DNA of 64,000 bases from the sequence record PX969468.1; one strand, given 5' to 3'. Both the position numbers and the translations under genes were made by a program. The notes under the pieces were generated by a model. The model was not told the DNA's origin. It ran no database searches and saw nothing but the letters and a program-made list of their open reading frames with translations. The DNA is from a phage. Below, piece by piece: positions 24,644-34,882 of the stretch. Position 1 is the stretch's first letter. Each line of letters starts with the position of its first letter.

Positions 24644-25194
24644 TGGAAGCTTTCGAAAAAGTTTTTTCTGATCTTGAAACAACCATTGCTAAGCTCGTCA
24701 AGGTTGCCACAGGAAGAACTGTAGTTCTGGCAGAAAGCTCTACCATACCTAAGCCGGAAGGTGAGTTTGTACTTTTACAAACCTTGGCGATCAATCCAAC
24801 CACTTGGGAAGATAATGAGTTTCAAGACGCGGAGGGTAATGCCTACGTCACCCACAGTTACACTGTTACTTATCTGTTAACAGCTTATCGTGGCAGGGCA
24901 TATGCTGCACTTAGCAGAGTATTGCAAGCAATAAACCTTCCGATGTTTTATGACAAGTATTTCCCTCTGGGATCGTGCTTTGCCTACTCTAACAATTCAA
25001 CAATCTCACCTCAAAGAGTGCCGTTGAATAAGCAGACGTATGAAAATAGAGCCACTGTGATGCTGACATTTAACGTAAGGTTTGTTGAAACAGACATTGG
25101 GGCTTTTGAGGATCTTGAGGGAATTAAGGCTGAAATAACCACACACTTCCCTTCACCCAATTCTGGTAAAGCGGTTACAGACAGTGGTCAGTAA
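24643..25194 (+). CDS. hypothetical structural protein
   Basis: 183 codons; start overlaps upstream stop. Confidence 0.4.
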   Translation: MEAFEKVFSDLETTIAKLVKVATGRTVVLAESSTIPKPEGEFVLLQTLAINPTTWEDNEFQDAEGNAYVTHSYTVTYLLTAYRGRAYAALSRVLQAINLPMFYDKYFPLGSCFAYSNNSTISPQRVPLNKQTYENRATVMLTFNVRFVETDIGAFEDLEGIKAEITTHFPSPNSGKAVTDSGQ

Positions 25195-25266
25195 TCGTTA
25201 TAATTGTGTAGTGTAATGATTACACTGCGTGTTTGATATCCGTGCACAGATATTAAGAGGAAACAA

Positions 25267-26643
25267 ATGCCATATTTAGATAAAGTGGTAGATGTTACAG
25301 TTAACCTCGGAACCCAGCCTATTGACACTGTAGGTTTCGAAACTCCCCTGTTCATCGCTATCCACAACAACTTTACTGAGCGAGCTCGCGTATATGCAGA
25401 GCTGGATCAGATGGTGGAAGATGGTTTCGCACAAGGCTCTGCAGCGTATGAGTTTGCAGCAAAAGCTTTTGGTGGTGTATTCCCTCCACAATACGTTATG
25501 ATCGGTAGACAGGCCAAAGAAAAGACCACTGTAGATTTTAAAGGTATTGCTGCCGCAGCTGATACCGATGTCGTAATGACTATTGCAAAAGGTAGCTACA
25601 ATACCTCTTTGATAGTCCCTATCTCTGGTGGAACAGCTGCAACTCAGATTGCAGAATCAATGAAGACTAAAATCGAAGCAGATGATAACTTGGACGATAT
25701 CACTGTAGAGGCTGCTGATGGTGTTATCACCATCACTGGTGACTGTACTGTTGGTTACCATACTGGTAACTATACAATCAAAAATATCGCCAATGCTGAA
25801 AAACCTTCTACAGTAGTTGATAAGATCAATGCTGAGCGTGACAATTGGTACTTCCTGTGCCATGAAGACCACACCGACATTGAAGCATGTGCTAAGTGGG
25901 CTCAGGCTAACTACAAGCTGCATGTCTACTCTACGGCAGAAGATGTGACTGGTAAAGATAATAACATCGCCACCAAACTGAAAGCTGCACAATATGACAG
26001 TGTCGGCATGTACGATCCTCGCGCAGATAAGGACTTCCCAGAGGGTGGTATCGTAGGCGCTATGGCATCCAACGATCCGTCTTACGGTGACAGCTTGCAT
26101 TTAAAACAGATGCCGGGTGTGATTGCACCATCTATGACTTTAACTCAGCGTATGGCGATTTGGGAAAACCACGTTAACTTCTACAGAATGATTAACGGTG
26201 TTGGTGCTTTCTGGGAAGGCAAGTGTGCTTCAGGTCAGTATGCAGACGCTATTCGTTTTGCACACTGGATCAAGTTCAGATCTGAAGAATCTATGTTTGG
26301 GTACATGCATCGTCGCTCCAACATGGGTTTAAGCATGAAGATGTCTGATGATGATCTTCCGGTTATCAAGTCTGTCCTGATGAACAACCCAATCAACACT
26401 GGCATTAAGAATGGTGCGATCCTGACAGGTTTTGACGAAGACAACAATGTGTTCTACGACCCGATCATCACAGTTCCTAAACGTGCAGAGATTCCAACCA
26501 ATCAGTTGGCTGCTCGTGTTCTGGAAGGTGTGAAAGTAGAACTGGTGTATAACAACGCCCTGCACTTCGTTCGTATCCGGATCAACGTCCTTCTGGACAA
26601 AGTTGGTTCTAAATCCACCAATGCTGTTGCAATGACTGAATAA
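25267..26643 (+). CDS. major tail protein, sheath-like (tentative)
   Basis: 458 codons; first gene of the tail block, followed by a 157-codon tube-sized gene, chaperone pair and tape measure. Confidence 0.4.
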   Translation: MPYLDKVVDVTVNLGTQPIDTVGFETPLFIAIHNNFTERARVYAELDQMVEDGFAQGSAAYEFAAKAFGGVFPPQYVMIGRQAKEKTTVDFKGIAAAADTDVVMTIAKGSYNTSLIVPISGGTAATQIAESMKTKIEADDNLDDITVEAADGVITITGDCTVGYHTGNYTIKNIANAEKPSTVVDKINAERDNWYFLCHEDHTDIEACAKWAQANYKLHVYSTAEDVTGKDNNIATKLKAAQYDSVGMYDPRADKDFPEGGIVGAMASNDPSYGDSLHLKQMPGVIAPSMTLTQRMAIWENHVNFYRMINGVGAFWEGKCASGQYADAIRFAHWIKFRSEESMFGYMHRRSNMGLSMKMSDDDLPVIKSVLMNNPINTGIKNGAILTGFDEDNNVFYDPIITVPKRAEIPTNQLAARVLEGVKVELVYNNALHFVRIRINVLLDKVGSKSTNAVAMTE

Positions 26644-26653
26644 GGAAGACTAG

Positions 26654-27127
26654 ATGGAAACTCAAATTTTAACTCCTTATGCTTATGATCCTAAAAAGGT
26701 CAAACTGTATCTGATGCAGCAGCGTGTCACTGGCTTCGCTGCTGACACCAAGATCGTTGTTTCAAGAAACGAAGACAACATCTACCCTCACGTTGGTGTG
26801 GATGGCGAAATGTCTGCTGCCCTGTCTCGTAACCAATCTGGTGTTATGACTGTATCTTTGCAGAACACTTCTGTATGGAACGCTTACCTTTCTGACTGGC
26901 AGAAACAGGCATCGATTACTGGCCTGGTATTCTTCCCGGTTCTGCTGGAAGGTAGCCAGGGCCCTGGTATTTCCACAATTGGTTGGATCCAGAAACAGCC
27001 TGACCTGACTTACGGAACCGAAGTAGGTCAGCTGGACTGGGATATCGGTATTCTGGATGCATGGCTCAACCGTGATAACATCACTGGTGCTCTTACTGGC
27101 CTCGCAGGTCTTGCAGGTATTATCTAA
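26654..27127 (+). CDS. tail tube-like protein (tentative)
   Basis: 157 codons; position between putative sheath and chaperone genes. Confidence 0.4.
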   Translation: METQILTPYAYDPKKVKLYLMQQRVTGFAADTKIVVSRNEDNIYPHVGVDGEMSAALSRNQSGVMTVSLQNTSVWNAYLSDWQKQASITGLVFFPVLLEGSQGPGISTIGWIQKQPDLTYGTEVGQLDWDIGILDAWLNRDNITGALTGLAGLAGII

Positions 27128-27145
27128 GGGCACACTTTAGCATAA

Positions 27146-27175
27146 GCCTCACCTTCGGGTGGGGCTTTTTGCTTT
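27146..27175 (+). terminator. rho-independent terminator
   Basis: stem GCCTCACC/GGTGGGGC with TTCG loop and TTTTT. Confidence 0.6.
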
Positions 27176-27217
27176 TATGGTTTTGACACACGTTCTTGAA
27201 TTGCTTGAAAGGTTAAA

Positions 27218-27246
27218 TTGACAATGCACCATAATCATGGTAAAAT
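27218..27246 (+). promoter_or_regulatory. sigma70-like promoter TTGACA-17-TAAAAT with TGG extension
   Basis: read directly. Confidence 0.6.
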
Positions 27247-27289
27247 ACACAAATATGGTGCACAACATGACTAATAAGGATGCTATAAA

Positions 27290-27763
27290 ATGGCTATAAA
27301 CTTTAGACCTACAACAGAGATTGATTTAGCAGGGCACAACTTTGTGATCACCCACTGGGGACCGATGAAAGCAATGAAAAACATGCCTAAAATCGGTAAG
27401 ATTGTGGCTGTCCCGCTAGGTGCTATCGGTGGATCTATTATCTCAGGCGGTCAGAACATGGCAGAGGTCCTTCCTACAGCTCTGGCTTACCTGTTCCAAG
27501 AACTTGATGATAACTCTATTGAAGAGCTATTTAAAATCTTGTTCGAAGATATTACCGTAGATGGTGTGGATAAGCTTAACCCGGATGTTGTGTTTGCAGG
27601 GCATCTGCTGGAGATGATTAAGCTGGCAGGTAAGGTTCTGGAGGTTAACTACGGCTGTTTTTTCACACAAGACGGTTTAGGAAGCCTTCTGGAGATGTTA
27701 CAGCAGATGGGTATGATTCAGCAGGTGAACAACCTGGATCAGACTCCGGAAGAGCAGGAATAA
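27290..27763 (+). CDS. tail assembly chaperone (G-like)
   Basis: 157 codons directly upstream of tape measure gene. Confidence 0.5.
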   Translation: MAINFRPTTEIDLAGHNFVITHWGPMKAMKNMPKIGKIVAVPLGAIGGSIISGGQNMAEVLPTALAYLFQELDDNSIEELFKILFEDITVDGVDKLNPDVVFAGHLLEMIKLAGKVLEVNYGCFFTQDGLGSLLEMLQQMGMIQQVNNLDQTPEEQE

Positions 27764-27774
27764 GCAAGGTTGTT

Positions 27775-28023
27775 GTGAGGGCCAGTGAGTGGGCAGCCAA
27801 GAACAGTTCACTCAACTGGTTCGACTTTCTTTGGTGCAGGGTGCTCAAGAATTTCAAAGGGGAAAATTTTGAATCGCTAAATCTTGCAGATATGGCGTAT
27901 TTCCTGAAGCTCTGTGAGTATCTTGATATCGAAGAATTCCTAGATACCGTCCAAAACAGGGAAATGGAGCGGGAGCAGAAGGCTGCCGCAGCTGCTGCGA
28001 AAGCTAAGCGCAGGAGAGGATAA
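27775..28023 (+). CDS. possible chaperone frameshift extension (T-like) or small independent gene
   Basis: ORF in the -1 frame relative to 27290..27763 and open across that gene's stop; no slippery heptamer identified. Confidence 0.3.
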   Translation: MRASEWAAKNSSLNWFDFLWCRVLKNFKGENFESLNLADMAYFLKLCEYLDIEEFLDTVQNREMEREQKAAAAAAKAKRRRG

Positions 28024-28028
28024 TCTAA

Positions 28029-28064
28029 GGGCCGGATTCCTTTTCTGGGATCTGGCCCTTTTTA
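28029..28064 (+). terminator. terminator-like hairpin
   Basis: stem GGGCCGG/CTGGCCC followed by TTTTTATT. Confidence 0.45.
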
Positions 28065-28077
28065 TTATGAGGAAACC

Positions 28078-30411
28078 ATGGCTACAAACAAAATAGTTGC
28101 CACAACAGTCAACAAGATTGGCTTTGAGATAGAGAACTCCTCCTACAAAAAAGCTGTAGAGAAAATTCGCAGTATTGGGAGGGAGTTCAGGAAACTGGGC
28201 GAGGATTTTAACTCAGCCAACCCCATGAGTAGATGGCAGGCGGTAGCTGTTAAAACCCAGCAGACAATGCAGAGGGTTGCCAGACAGCAATCTCAGGCAA
28301 ATGCTAAACTGCACAGAGAGAGCGTAGCACAGGCCAAGAAAGAGGCTGCAGTAAGGGCTGCAATAGAACGTAGGGAGAATGCGAGACGTAAACAAGCTGT
28401 AGGTAATCTTACCGCTAAAAATCCAGAAATGGCTAGGATGCGTAAGTTCTACCAGCAGCAAGCTAAAGAGGCCAAAAAGGCTGCCAAATCTGCACCAGTG
28501 TCTTACGGCGGTTATAAGCCACCTAAGGCAAGAGTTCTGGCTAATGCTAAAGCTTTCAAATATATCCCCGGTAACCCTAATATGGGTGGTGTGGCTTCCG
28601 ACCCTAATCTTGTGAAAGCTCAGACAGCTGCTATGAATCGTTATCATAGACAGCTAAGAAGGGACGGTAAAGCTGGTATGGATAATAGGCTTATGTCGGA
28701 TCGTGAGGCAAGAAGAACCCACCTCTACAACTCCGCGATAAGACTTTCTGCCAAGTATGGTGCCGGATTCCGTGGAAGCTTGCCAGGATACTCAGAGTTA
28801 GAGTCCAGGTTTGCTCGCGGGGAGATGAAAAAGTCAACCTTTAACGCCCACCTGTCAGCGCTGCAGTCTGGATTTAAAAGTGCCACCAGCCAAACGCTTA
28901 CACTAGGCGATGCCATGAGAGACTTACGTAGATCTGTTATTAATGCAACAGCTGCGTATACAGCTTTTTCTGGATTTGCTGCGGTTAACAGATCCGGTCA
29001 CATGATGGAGGGGGCAAGTGCTGCTCTTACTGCTGTTACTGGAGATCCAAACAAAGCCAACAGTGAGGTTGCGTTTGTCCAGCAAGAGGCTATGCGTCTT
29101 GGTTTTGATCTCAAATCTGGTCTTCAAGGTTACGCCCAAATGTCGGTAAACGCCAAAAACCAGATGACAAACCAGGAAGTGCATGAGCTGTTTTCTGCAT
29201 ATTCCCAGTATGCTGCTGCTTATGGTGCTGATGAGGTAAAATACCAGCGCGGTATTATGGCAATCCAACAGATGCTCGGTAAGGGACAAGTAATGTCCGA
29301 AGAGCTGAAGCAACAACTCGCTGAAGCATTGCCTGGTGCATATGAACCTTTTATCAAGGCCACCAAAGAGGCTTTTGGTCTTTCTGAACTCTCCATGGAT
29401 CAGTTCATGGACATGATGAAGAAAGGTGAGGTTAAAACAGCCAAGATCATGAAGTATGTAGCTAAGTACATGAACGAGGCATCTGCAGCTGGTTATGAAA
29501 GAATGCAGAAGTCTAACGTGCTGGCAGAAAACAGACTGAAAACCTTCATCGAACTGACTCGTCAGAAACTGTTCACCCGTTGGTCTGACGAACTAACAGA
29601 GTTCTATTATACACTAATCCGCACTGGTGAGACTCTGCAATTTGTGTGGGATGCCTCTGGTGATTTTGTTAGCGGGTTTGTGAGAGGCCTTAACTGGGTA
29701 GTTGGTGAACTAAACAATACTATAGTTAAGATCCGCATGTTTTTCCTTGAATGGGGTATTAAATGGGGATTCATAACAGCTAAGACGAAGGAATATTCTG
29801 AAGAGCTTCATGACACCTTTAGCTATGCTAAATGGGCAGGGTTTGCTGCTGCCATCATGCTGGTCGTCAACGCCCTAACAAAAGGTTTTGTCATGGCATC
29901 TATGCTTGTAAAAACCTTTAAATTCCTTAATTCTCTAAGAGGTGCAGCTGGAGCAGCAGGTGCAGCTACTGCAGAAGGATCTGGTGGTGGCGCGGCAGGA
30001 AAAGGTGGAGGTGGCCTCAAGACACCTGGTGGTAAAGTTGGTCTGCTTGGCAAGCTGGGCATTATCGGTACAATATTAAGCGCCGGGGAATTATTTAATG
30101 ACCGTTTCAACCCGCTGAGTGAAAGAAATCAGCAACTGGATACTATCAGCGATATGATTCGCAAAGATATCATATCGGGAGGTAACGGGTTTGTTAATCC
30201 TTTGGACACCTTGCCGGGTGGGACTCTTCCGTTGCCAGGTGGTCCTGGTTTTGCTTCTCAATTAAGAACTATGGAAATGCTACCTTTAGAGATCAGTGAT
30301 GGGAAAATCACGCTTTCCATAGATGAGGGCGAGTTTAGCAAAATACTTGATGCAAAACTTGAGTGGGAGAACAGTAAAGATATCAACTTCATGTCTACCG
30401 ACCTTTGGTAG
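28078..30411 (+). CDS. tail tape measure protein
   Basis: 777 codons; long helical, A/K/Q-rich sequence with Gly-rich segment and hydrophobic stretch; position after chaperone pair. Confidence 0.7.
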   Translation: MATNKIVATTVNKIGFEIENSSYKKAVEKIRSIGREFRKLGEDFNSANPMSRWQAVAVKTQQTMQRVARQQSQANAKLHRESVAQAKKEAAVRAAIERRENARRKQAVGNLTAKNPEMARMRKFYQQQAKEAKKAAKSAPVSYGGYKPPKARVLANAKAFKYIPGNPNMGGVASDPNLVKAQTAAMNRYHRQLRRDGKAGMDNRLMSDREARRTHLYNSAIRLSAKYGAGFRGSLPGYSELESRFARGEMKKSTFNAHLSALQSGFKSATSQTLTLGDAMRDLRRSVINATAAYTAFSGFAAVNRSGHMMEGASAALTAVTGDPNKANSEVAFVQQEAMRLGFDLKSGLQGYAQMSVNAKNQMTNQEVHELFSAYSQYAAAYGADEVKYQRGIMAIQQMLGKGQVMSEELKQQLAEALPGAYEPFIKATKEAFGLSELSMDQFMDMMKKGEVKTAKIMKYVAKYMNEASAAGYERMQKSNVLAENRLKTFIELTRQKLFTRWSDELTEFYYTLIRTGETLQFVWDASGDFVSGFVRGLNWVVGELNNTIVKIRMFFLEWGIKWGFITAKTKEYSEELHDTFSYAKWAGFAAAIMLVVNALTKGFVMASMLVKTFKFLNSLRGAAGAAGAATAEGSGGGAAGKGGGGLKTPGGKVGLLGKLGIIGTILSAGELFNDRFNPLSERNQQLDTISDMIRKDIISGGNGFVNPLDTLPGGTLPLPGGPGFASQLRTMEMLPLEISDGKITLSIDEGEFSKILDAKLEWENSKDINFMSTDLW

Positions 30412-30422
30412 TAAACTGTGTA

Positions 30423-30446
30423 GGGGGCTCTGGCCCCCTTTATTTT
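30423..30446 (+). terminator. rho-independent terminator
   Basis: stem GGGGGC/GCCCCC, 4-nt loop, TTTATTTT. Confidence 0.6.
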
Positions 30447-30453
30447 ATCAGTG

Positions 30454-30482
30454 TTGTAAAAACGGCTATTTTATGATACAAT
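30454..30482 (+). promoter_or_regulatory. sigma70-like promoter TTGTAA-17-TACAAT with TG extension
   Basis: read directly. Confidence 0.45.
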
Positions 30483-30515
30483 ATTTAGATGGTATCGGAG
30501 TGTCCTGGAGAGGTT

Positions 30516-31400
30516 ATGCAAAGTAATATAGTTGATGAAAAAGACCTGTACAAGCCTCAAGAGGTTAAATCTCCAAAGGCTGAAAAGGCAGAGCAGCAAA
30601 CCGAAAGCGATGTAAAGTACACTATGTTTGTCAGCGGTCTTAACTATGGCGGTCGCAACATAGAAATGAAGGGTAAAAACTTTACTAACGATCTTGCCAT
30701 TATCTTCGATCAGGTTGAGAATTACTCTTTCAAACATTCTGTTGATAAGACGGGGTTTGCGGTGGAAGATAAATCTACCCTGTCAGACCACGCTGTAATT
30801 AAAGATGGTGTATTTTCTTTTACCGGTAGGGTAAATACATCTCCACATATAATCTATGAGCAAAACTACATCGATAGGAATACTGACTCTAAAAACCCTG
30901 CAGCATCTATGCGACCAAGTGCTGCACTGGAGGCTTTGACTGAGATCATTAACAAGCGACAGTTGGTTTCTTTGGTTACCGAGGAGAGACTTCTTGAGAA
31001 CTACATCATAACCAGCCTTTCTGCCAGCAAGTCTGTTGGTGAAGGTGCTGCAATGGTTTTTGATGTAGAACTTACAGAGTTCCGCACATTCTACTTGAAC
31101 AAAGTTGTTAATGCAACTGTATACAGCAATCCTAAGAAAGTAGGCAAGACCCAACAAAAAGGTGCTGTCAACGACTGTAAGAATGGTAGTAACGTAGGTA
31201 ACAAGAGGGACACAGGAGCATTCGCAGACACCGCATCCACAAATGCTGCAGAGGAGTGGCAGCCATATAAATCTATGATGTGGACAGATGAAAACGGTGT
31301 TACCCAATCGGCTGCGGATTGGTATTACCAGGAATATGGAAGACCTTCTACCATAGTCCCATCTGAGCAGGGAAACTACGACAAAGTTAACGGGAAATAA
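30516..31400 (+). CDS. hypothetical tail/baseplate protein
   Basis: 294 codons from Met with GGAGAGG RBS; track ORF starts within the promoter. Confidence 0.4.
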   Translation: MQSNIVDEKDLYKPQEVKSPKAEKAEQQTESDVKYTMFVSGLNYGGRNIEMKGKNFTNDLAIIFDQVENYSFKHSVDKTGFAVEDKSTLSDHAVIKDGVFSFTGRVNTSPHIIYEQNYIDRNTDSKNPAASMRPSAALEALTEIINKRQLVSLVTEERLLENYIITSLSASKSVGEGAAMVFDVELTEFRTFYLNKVVNATVYSNPKKVGKTQQKGAVNDCKNGSNVGNKRDTGAFADTASTNAAEEWQPYKSMMWTDENGVTQSAADWYYQEYGRPSTIVPSEQGNYDKVNGK

Positions 31401-31412
31401 GGGGAGCGTATA

Positions 31413-31793
31413 ATGGAGCTTAAAGATTGGTGCATAATCACCTTTGTGTGGGACATTGACGGCTTTCCTGATCAAACCATGCGTGTTGTTTTAGACAATG
31501 AAACGTATGAAATGCGTATGCAATGGAATGAGAGGGATGAGTCCTGGTGGTTATCTCTTGGTCCAGTAGGTGACAGCCCTTTAGTAACCAGAAAAGTAAC
31601 AGCTTGTCAAGATATTTTAGACGGACTGCATTACAGAGATGATTTACCAAAAGGTAGACTGATGGCGCTGTCGTTTAAAGACGATCAATATTGGGGTAGG
31701 GTTGGAAGATATAACCTTGGGGCGAGATCTGAGCTACAGCTTGTATACGGCACCCCGGTTGATCTTTACAAGGAACAGCAAGGGTTAGAATAA
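31413..31793 (+). CDS. hypothetical baseplate protein
   Basis: 126 codons. Confidence 0.4.
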   Translation: MELKDWCIITFVWDIDGFPDQTMRVVLDNETYEMRMQWNERDESWWLSLGPVGDSPLVTRKVTACQDILDGLHYRDDLPKGRLMALSFKDDQYWGRVGRYNLGARSELQLVYGTPVDLYKEQQGLE

Positions 31794-32797
31794 TGGCAGA
31801 GTACAGACGTAGAACATGGCGATTATTGTTTGGTCGTCCGGTAGAGCATGGGGGTAAATCAAAAACCAATATCCCAAAATCTGTTGAAAAGAAAGGGGAT
31901 AGTGATTCCGGAGTTTATGAAGTTAGCTCAGACACTGGTGCTGCCAATATAGAGTTTGACATACAAAAGGACAATACCAAAGAGCCGAACAAAGGTTATG
32001 TGACAGTTTACAACCTGTCTGACGATACAGTTAACTATCTGGATATGCATCAGGCTGATGCCCTTGCAGTTATGTTTGAAGCTGGCTATGATAATGAGAA
32101 CCAGTTGATATTCTCCGGAACTGTGGAGTTTGTTGAAGACAGGTGGGAAGGTCCGACCAGAAAAACTAAGTTCATCTTTGGGGATGGTACTGAGAACATC
32201 ATTAAGTGCCAAAGCACAAGATCTTATCAGAAAGGCACACCTCTGAACTCTGTGCTTAATGACCTACTGAAGGATATGAACTTGCCAAAAGGTAGGGTTG
32301 TGGGTTTTGGAAACCAGACCCTGCAATACTCTATGGCTTTCTCTGGAAACACTGCAGAGAACCTCCGCAGGTTTGCAAGACTGACCAATTCAACATTTAG
32401 CGTTCAGGATGGAGCTTTGTATTGGACCAAGGTTGGAAAAAGGTTCAAAGACTCTGTGTTTGAAATAAGTGCAGAGTCTGGGATGCACGGATCGCCTACC
32501 CCTAAAAACCCAGAACCTGCTAAAAAACGAAAAGCTAAAGCTGCTGCCAAAGGTGGTTCGACATCTAAAAAGAAAAAGAAAAACCCGAGAGAGGATGTTG
32601 GTCTTACTGTAACCACATGCCTTAACGGAGCTATCCTCCCAGAGTCCACTATTTATCTTAAAAGCAAGCAATATACAGGCTTCTATAAGGTGATCACGGT
32701 GCATCATAAGGGCACCATAGAAGGCGGTGATTACACTACAGAGCTTGGCCTTGGGGAAACAGTGGGTGGAGTTGTTGACAAAACTGAGGAGGTATAA
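31793..32797 (+). CDS. baseplate hub-like protein (tentative)
   Basis: 334 codons; located immediately upstream of spike-like and gp25-like genes; Lys-rich internal segment. Confidence 0.3.
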   Translation: MAEYRRRTWRLLFGRPVEHGGKSKTNIPKSVEKKGDSDSGVYEVSSDTGAANIEFDIQKDNTKEPNKGYVTVYNLSDDTVNYLDMHQADALAVMFEAGYDNENQLIFSGTVEFVEDRWEGPTRKTKFIFGDGTENIIKCQSTRSYQKGTPLNSVLNDLLKDMNLPKGRVVGFGNQTLQYSMAFSGNTAENLRRFARLTNSTFSVQDGALYWTKVGKRFKDSVFEISAESGMHGSPTPKNPEPAKKRKAKAAAKGGSTSKKKKKNPREDVGLTVTTCLNGAILPESTIYLKSKQYTGFYKVITVHHKGTIEGGDYTTELGLGETVGGVVDKTEEV

Positions 32798-33474
32798 TGG
32801 CAATAAATAGGAAAGATGCTGCTGTAAGATCCTTTATAGAAAAAATAATGAGGGACTACCACACCAGCATCAGGGCCAGAGTTGTCAGTGTTGACTACAG
32901 TATTCCTTCTGCAGCCGTGCAGCCAATAGCTGAAACCACGTTTGATGACGGAGATGTGGAGAGATACCCTCTTATCTATGACGTTCCAATTCAGGTGATG
33001 TCTGCAAACAGCGGAAAGGCAAGGTTAACACTTCCTATTAAGGCTGGAGATGTTGTAGGATTGCAGTTTTCAGAGAGAAATGAAAACAATAACGACGATC
33101 AACAAACTCACGGCCTGTTTCCAGGGTGGGCAATCACCTCTGTTCATTCAGACTCAAACGCCTTACAGATCGATCCTGATAATGTAGAGTTATGGAATGA
33201 TAGGGTTTATTTTAAACTGACACCTTCTGGCGATTTTGAGCTTCAAACACCTGGTGGGACATTACGGTGCGACAGCAGCGGGGAGTTTTCTTTCACTAAC
33301 GGGGCTGCCAATTTGCGAGCTGCTGTGGATGGGAATATCAGAATGAATGGTGCTACAATAGACCCATCTGGTAGAATTATAACTGCTGCTGGCGTGGATT
33401 TGGATTCATTCTATGCAGAATATAAAGGTCATACCCACTCTTGCCCTGATGGCGAGACAAGTGGACCGCACTAA
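32797..33474 (+). CDS. baseplate central spike protein (gpV/gp45-like)
   Basis: 225 codons; C-terminal tip YKGHTHSCPDGETSGPH (His-x-His ... Pro-x-Gly) reminiscent of metal-binding spike apex of P2 V-type proteins. Confidence 0.45.
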   Translation: MAINRKDAAVRSFIEKIMRDYHTSIRARVVSVDYSIPSAAVQPIAETTFDDGDVERYPLIYDVPIQVMSANSGKARLTLPIKAGDVVGLQFSERNENNNDDQQTHGLFPGWAITSVHSDSNALQIDPDNVELWNDRVYFKLTPSGDFELQTPGGTLRCDSSGEFSFTNGAANLRAAVDGNIRMNGATIDPSGRIITAAGVDLDSFYAEYKGHTHSCPDGETSGPH

Positions 33475-33486
33475 TAGAGGGCTTTC

Positions 33487-34203
33487 ATGGCTACGCTTTA
33501 TAGTGATATATTGATGGACCCACAGACAGGCGATTTGGCGATAGACAAAGGTCTTGAGTTGATAGATTCAAACCAGGTAAGTCTGCGCCAGCGCTTGTGG
33601 ATGAGGTTTAATACGTGGAAGGGGAGCTGGTACTTTGACGAACTGTTTGGCTTCCCTTATATGGACTTTCTCAGTAAGAAGGTCATGAAGACTGTTCTTG
33701 ATAACAAGATTATGGAAGTGGCAAGACAAGAGCCGGATGTGCTAAACATCATAAACTTCCAGTCTACCATGGACCGAAGATCGAGAACATACCAAGCGTT
33801 CTTTGAGGTTGTTACCAAAGAGAACGAGATTGTAAGGCTGGCTTTCGTAGGTCTTGATCAGTTCACCTACCCACAACCTGATTCTGGGACAACCTCTCTC
33901 TGTGATGATGAGGGTTGGATTAAGTGGGCTAATAAACTGTACTACCTGATCAACTTCAGATTACCTAGAACCGGAGATGCTACATGGTGGAACCAGTATG
34001 CTGGTCCTGAGATGGAAAACCCGATCCCTGTAGGCTCTCTGTTGACTCAGGATAAAGATCTGCTGATGACTGAGGCAGAACAAACCATTAACCGCAATAC
34101 CTGGACACTTGCTCCAGATGAGCGCGAATACTCTGGTGTTATTGCTACCTCCAATGATGAGGCTATTGCCAACCAGTCTGGTCGTGCTATTGATGTTAAC
34201 TAA
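33487..34203 (+). CDS. baseplate wedge protein with gp25/GpW-like N-terminal domain
   Basis: 238 codons; N-terminal LYSDILMDPQTGDL...LRQRLWMRFNTWKGSWYFDELFGFPY resembles the gp25/W family pattern. Confidence 0.45.
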   Translation: MATLYSDILMDPQTGDLAIDKGLELIDSNQVSLRQRLWMRFNTWKGSWYFDELFGFPYMDFLSKKVMKTVLDNKIMEVARQEPDVLNIINFQSTMDRRSRTYQAFFEVVTKENEIVRLAFVGLDQFTYPQPDSGTTSLCDDEGWIKWANKLYYLINFRLPRTGDATWWNQYAGPEMENPIPVGSLLTQDKDLLMTEAEQTINRNTWTLAPDEREYSGVIATSNDEAIANQSGRAIDVN

Positions 34204-34212
34204 GGAGAAATC

Positions 34213-34881
34213 ATGGCTGTAGCTTATCCTACAATACCAATTCCAGATCTTGAAGATGCAGAAACAGTCCTGAGTGATGACTTCTTGGTTGTCAACCAGA
34301 CTGATGGGACAAGAAAGGCTAAGATTGACGATGTTGTCAACGATCTTAGCATTACTAAGATAGTCTATTTCACAGATGGTGGCTATCTTAAGAGCAAGAA
34401 GGACTTTGCTTATGACCCAGAGACTAAGCGCTACTACACGTGGAACGGGGATTATCCTAAAATAATCCTCCCAGACTCCACTGTAGAGGGTGCTGGGGGT
34501 GTGTCTGCAAATGCATGGTCTGTTTTTGGTGAGCTTGCTGCAACTTCTTATGGCAGAATAGTTGATTACGGATCTATCGGCGGTCAGCTTGATATGGATC
34601 TTGAAGTTGCGGATACCTTTAAGGTTCGACTAACTTCAAATACCACAATCTCTTTTGAAAATCAAACAGAAGGTCTTGAAGGTGTGGCGAGAACTATAAC
34701 CGTATGCATTACTCAGACCTCTGGCGGCAACAAAGTCTACTGGCCTGATAATGTTAAATGGGCCTACGGAAGAGATCCTATCCTAACATTTACAGCTGGT
34801 GCAACAGATATTTTCAAGTTGGAAACCTACGACAACGGGTTAACTTGGTACGGGGCACTGATCATCGCAGGAGCTATCTAA
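34213..34881 (+). CDS. tail fibre/spike-like protein with conserved N-terminal anchor domain
   Basis: 222 codons; N-terminal ~100 residues align with the N-terminus of the 37516..41316 protein. Confidence 0.45.
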   Translation: MAVAYPTIPIPDLEDAETVLSDDFLVVNQTDGTRKAKIDDVVNDLSITKIVYFTDGGYLKSKKDFAYDPETKRYYTWNGDYPKIILPDSTVEGAGGVSANAWSVFGELAATSYGRIVDYGSIGGQLDMDLEVADTFKVRLTSNTTISFENQTEGLEGVARTITVCITQTSGGNKVYWPDNVKWAYGRDPILTFTAGATDIFKLETYDNGLTWYGALIIAGAI

Positions 34882-34882
34882 G

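Noticed and set aside
25195-25266. Promoter upstream of the sheath-like gene (TATAAT at about 25199)
   Set aside because: The best -35 at 17-nt spacing (TACAGA) is poor; only a short inverted repeat (GTGTAATG/ATTACAC) is present, so no promoter is called.
28213-30110. Minus-strand ORFs (28213..28647, 28725..28916, 28924..29316, 29823..30110) inside the tape measure gene
   Set aside because: Embedded antisense within a long, well-supported structural gene with no RBS or promoter context; treated as chance ORFs.
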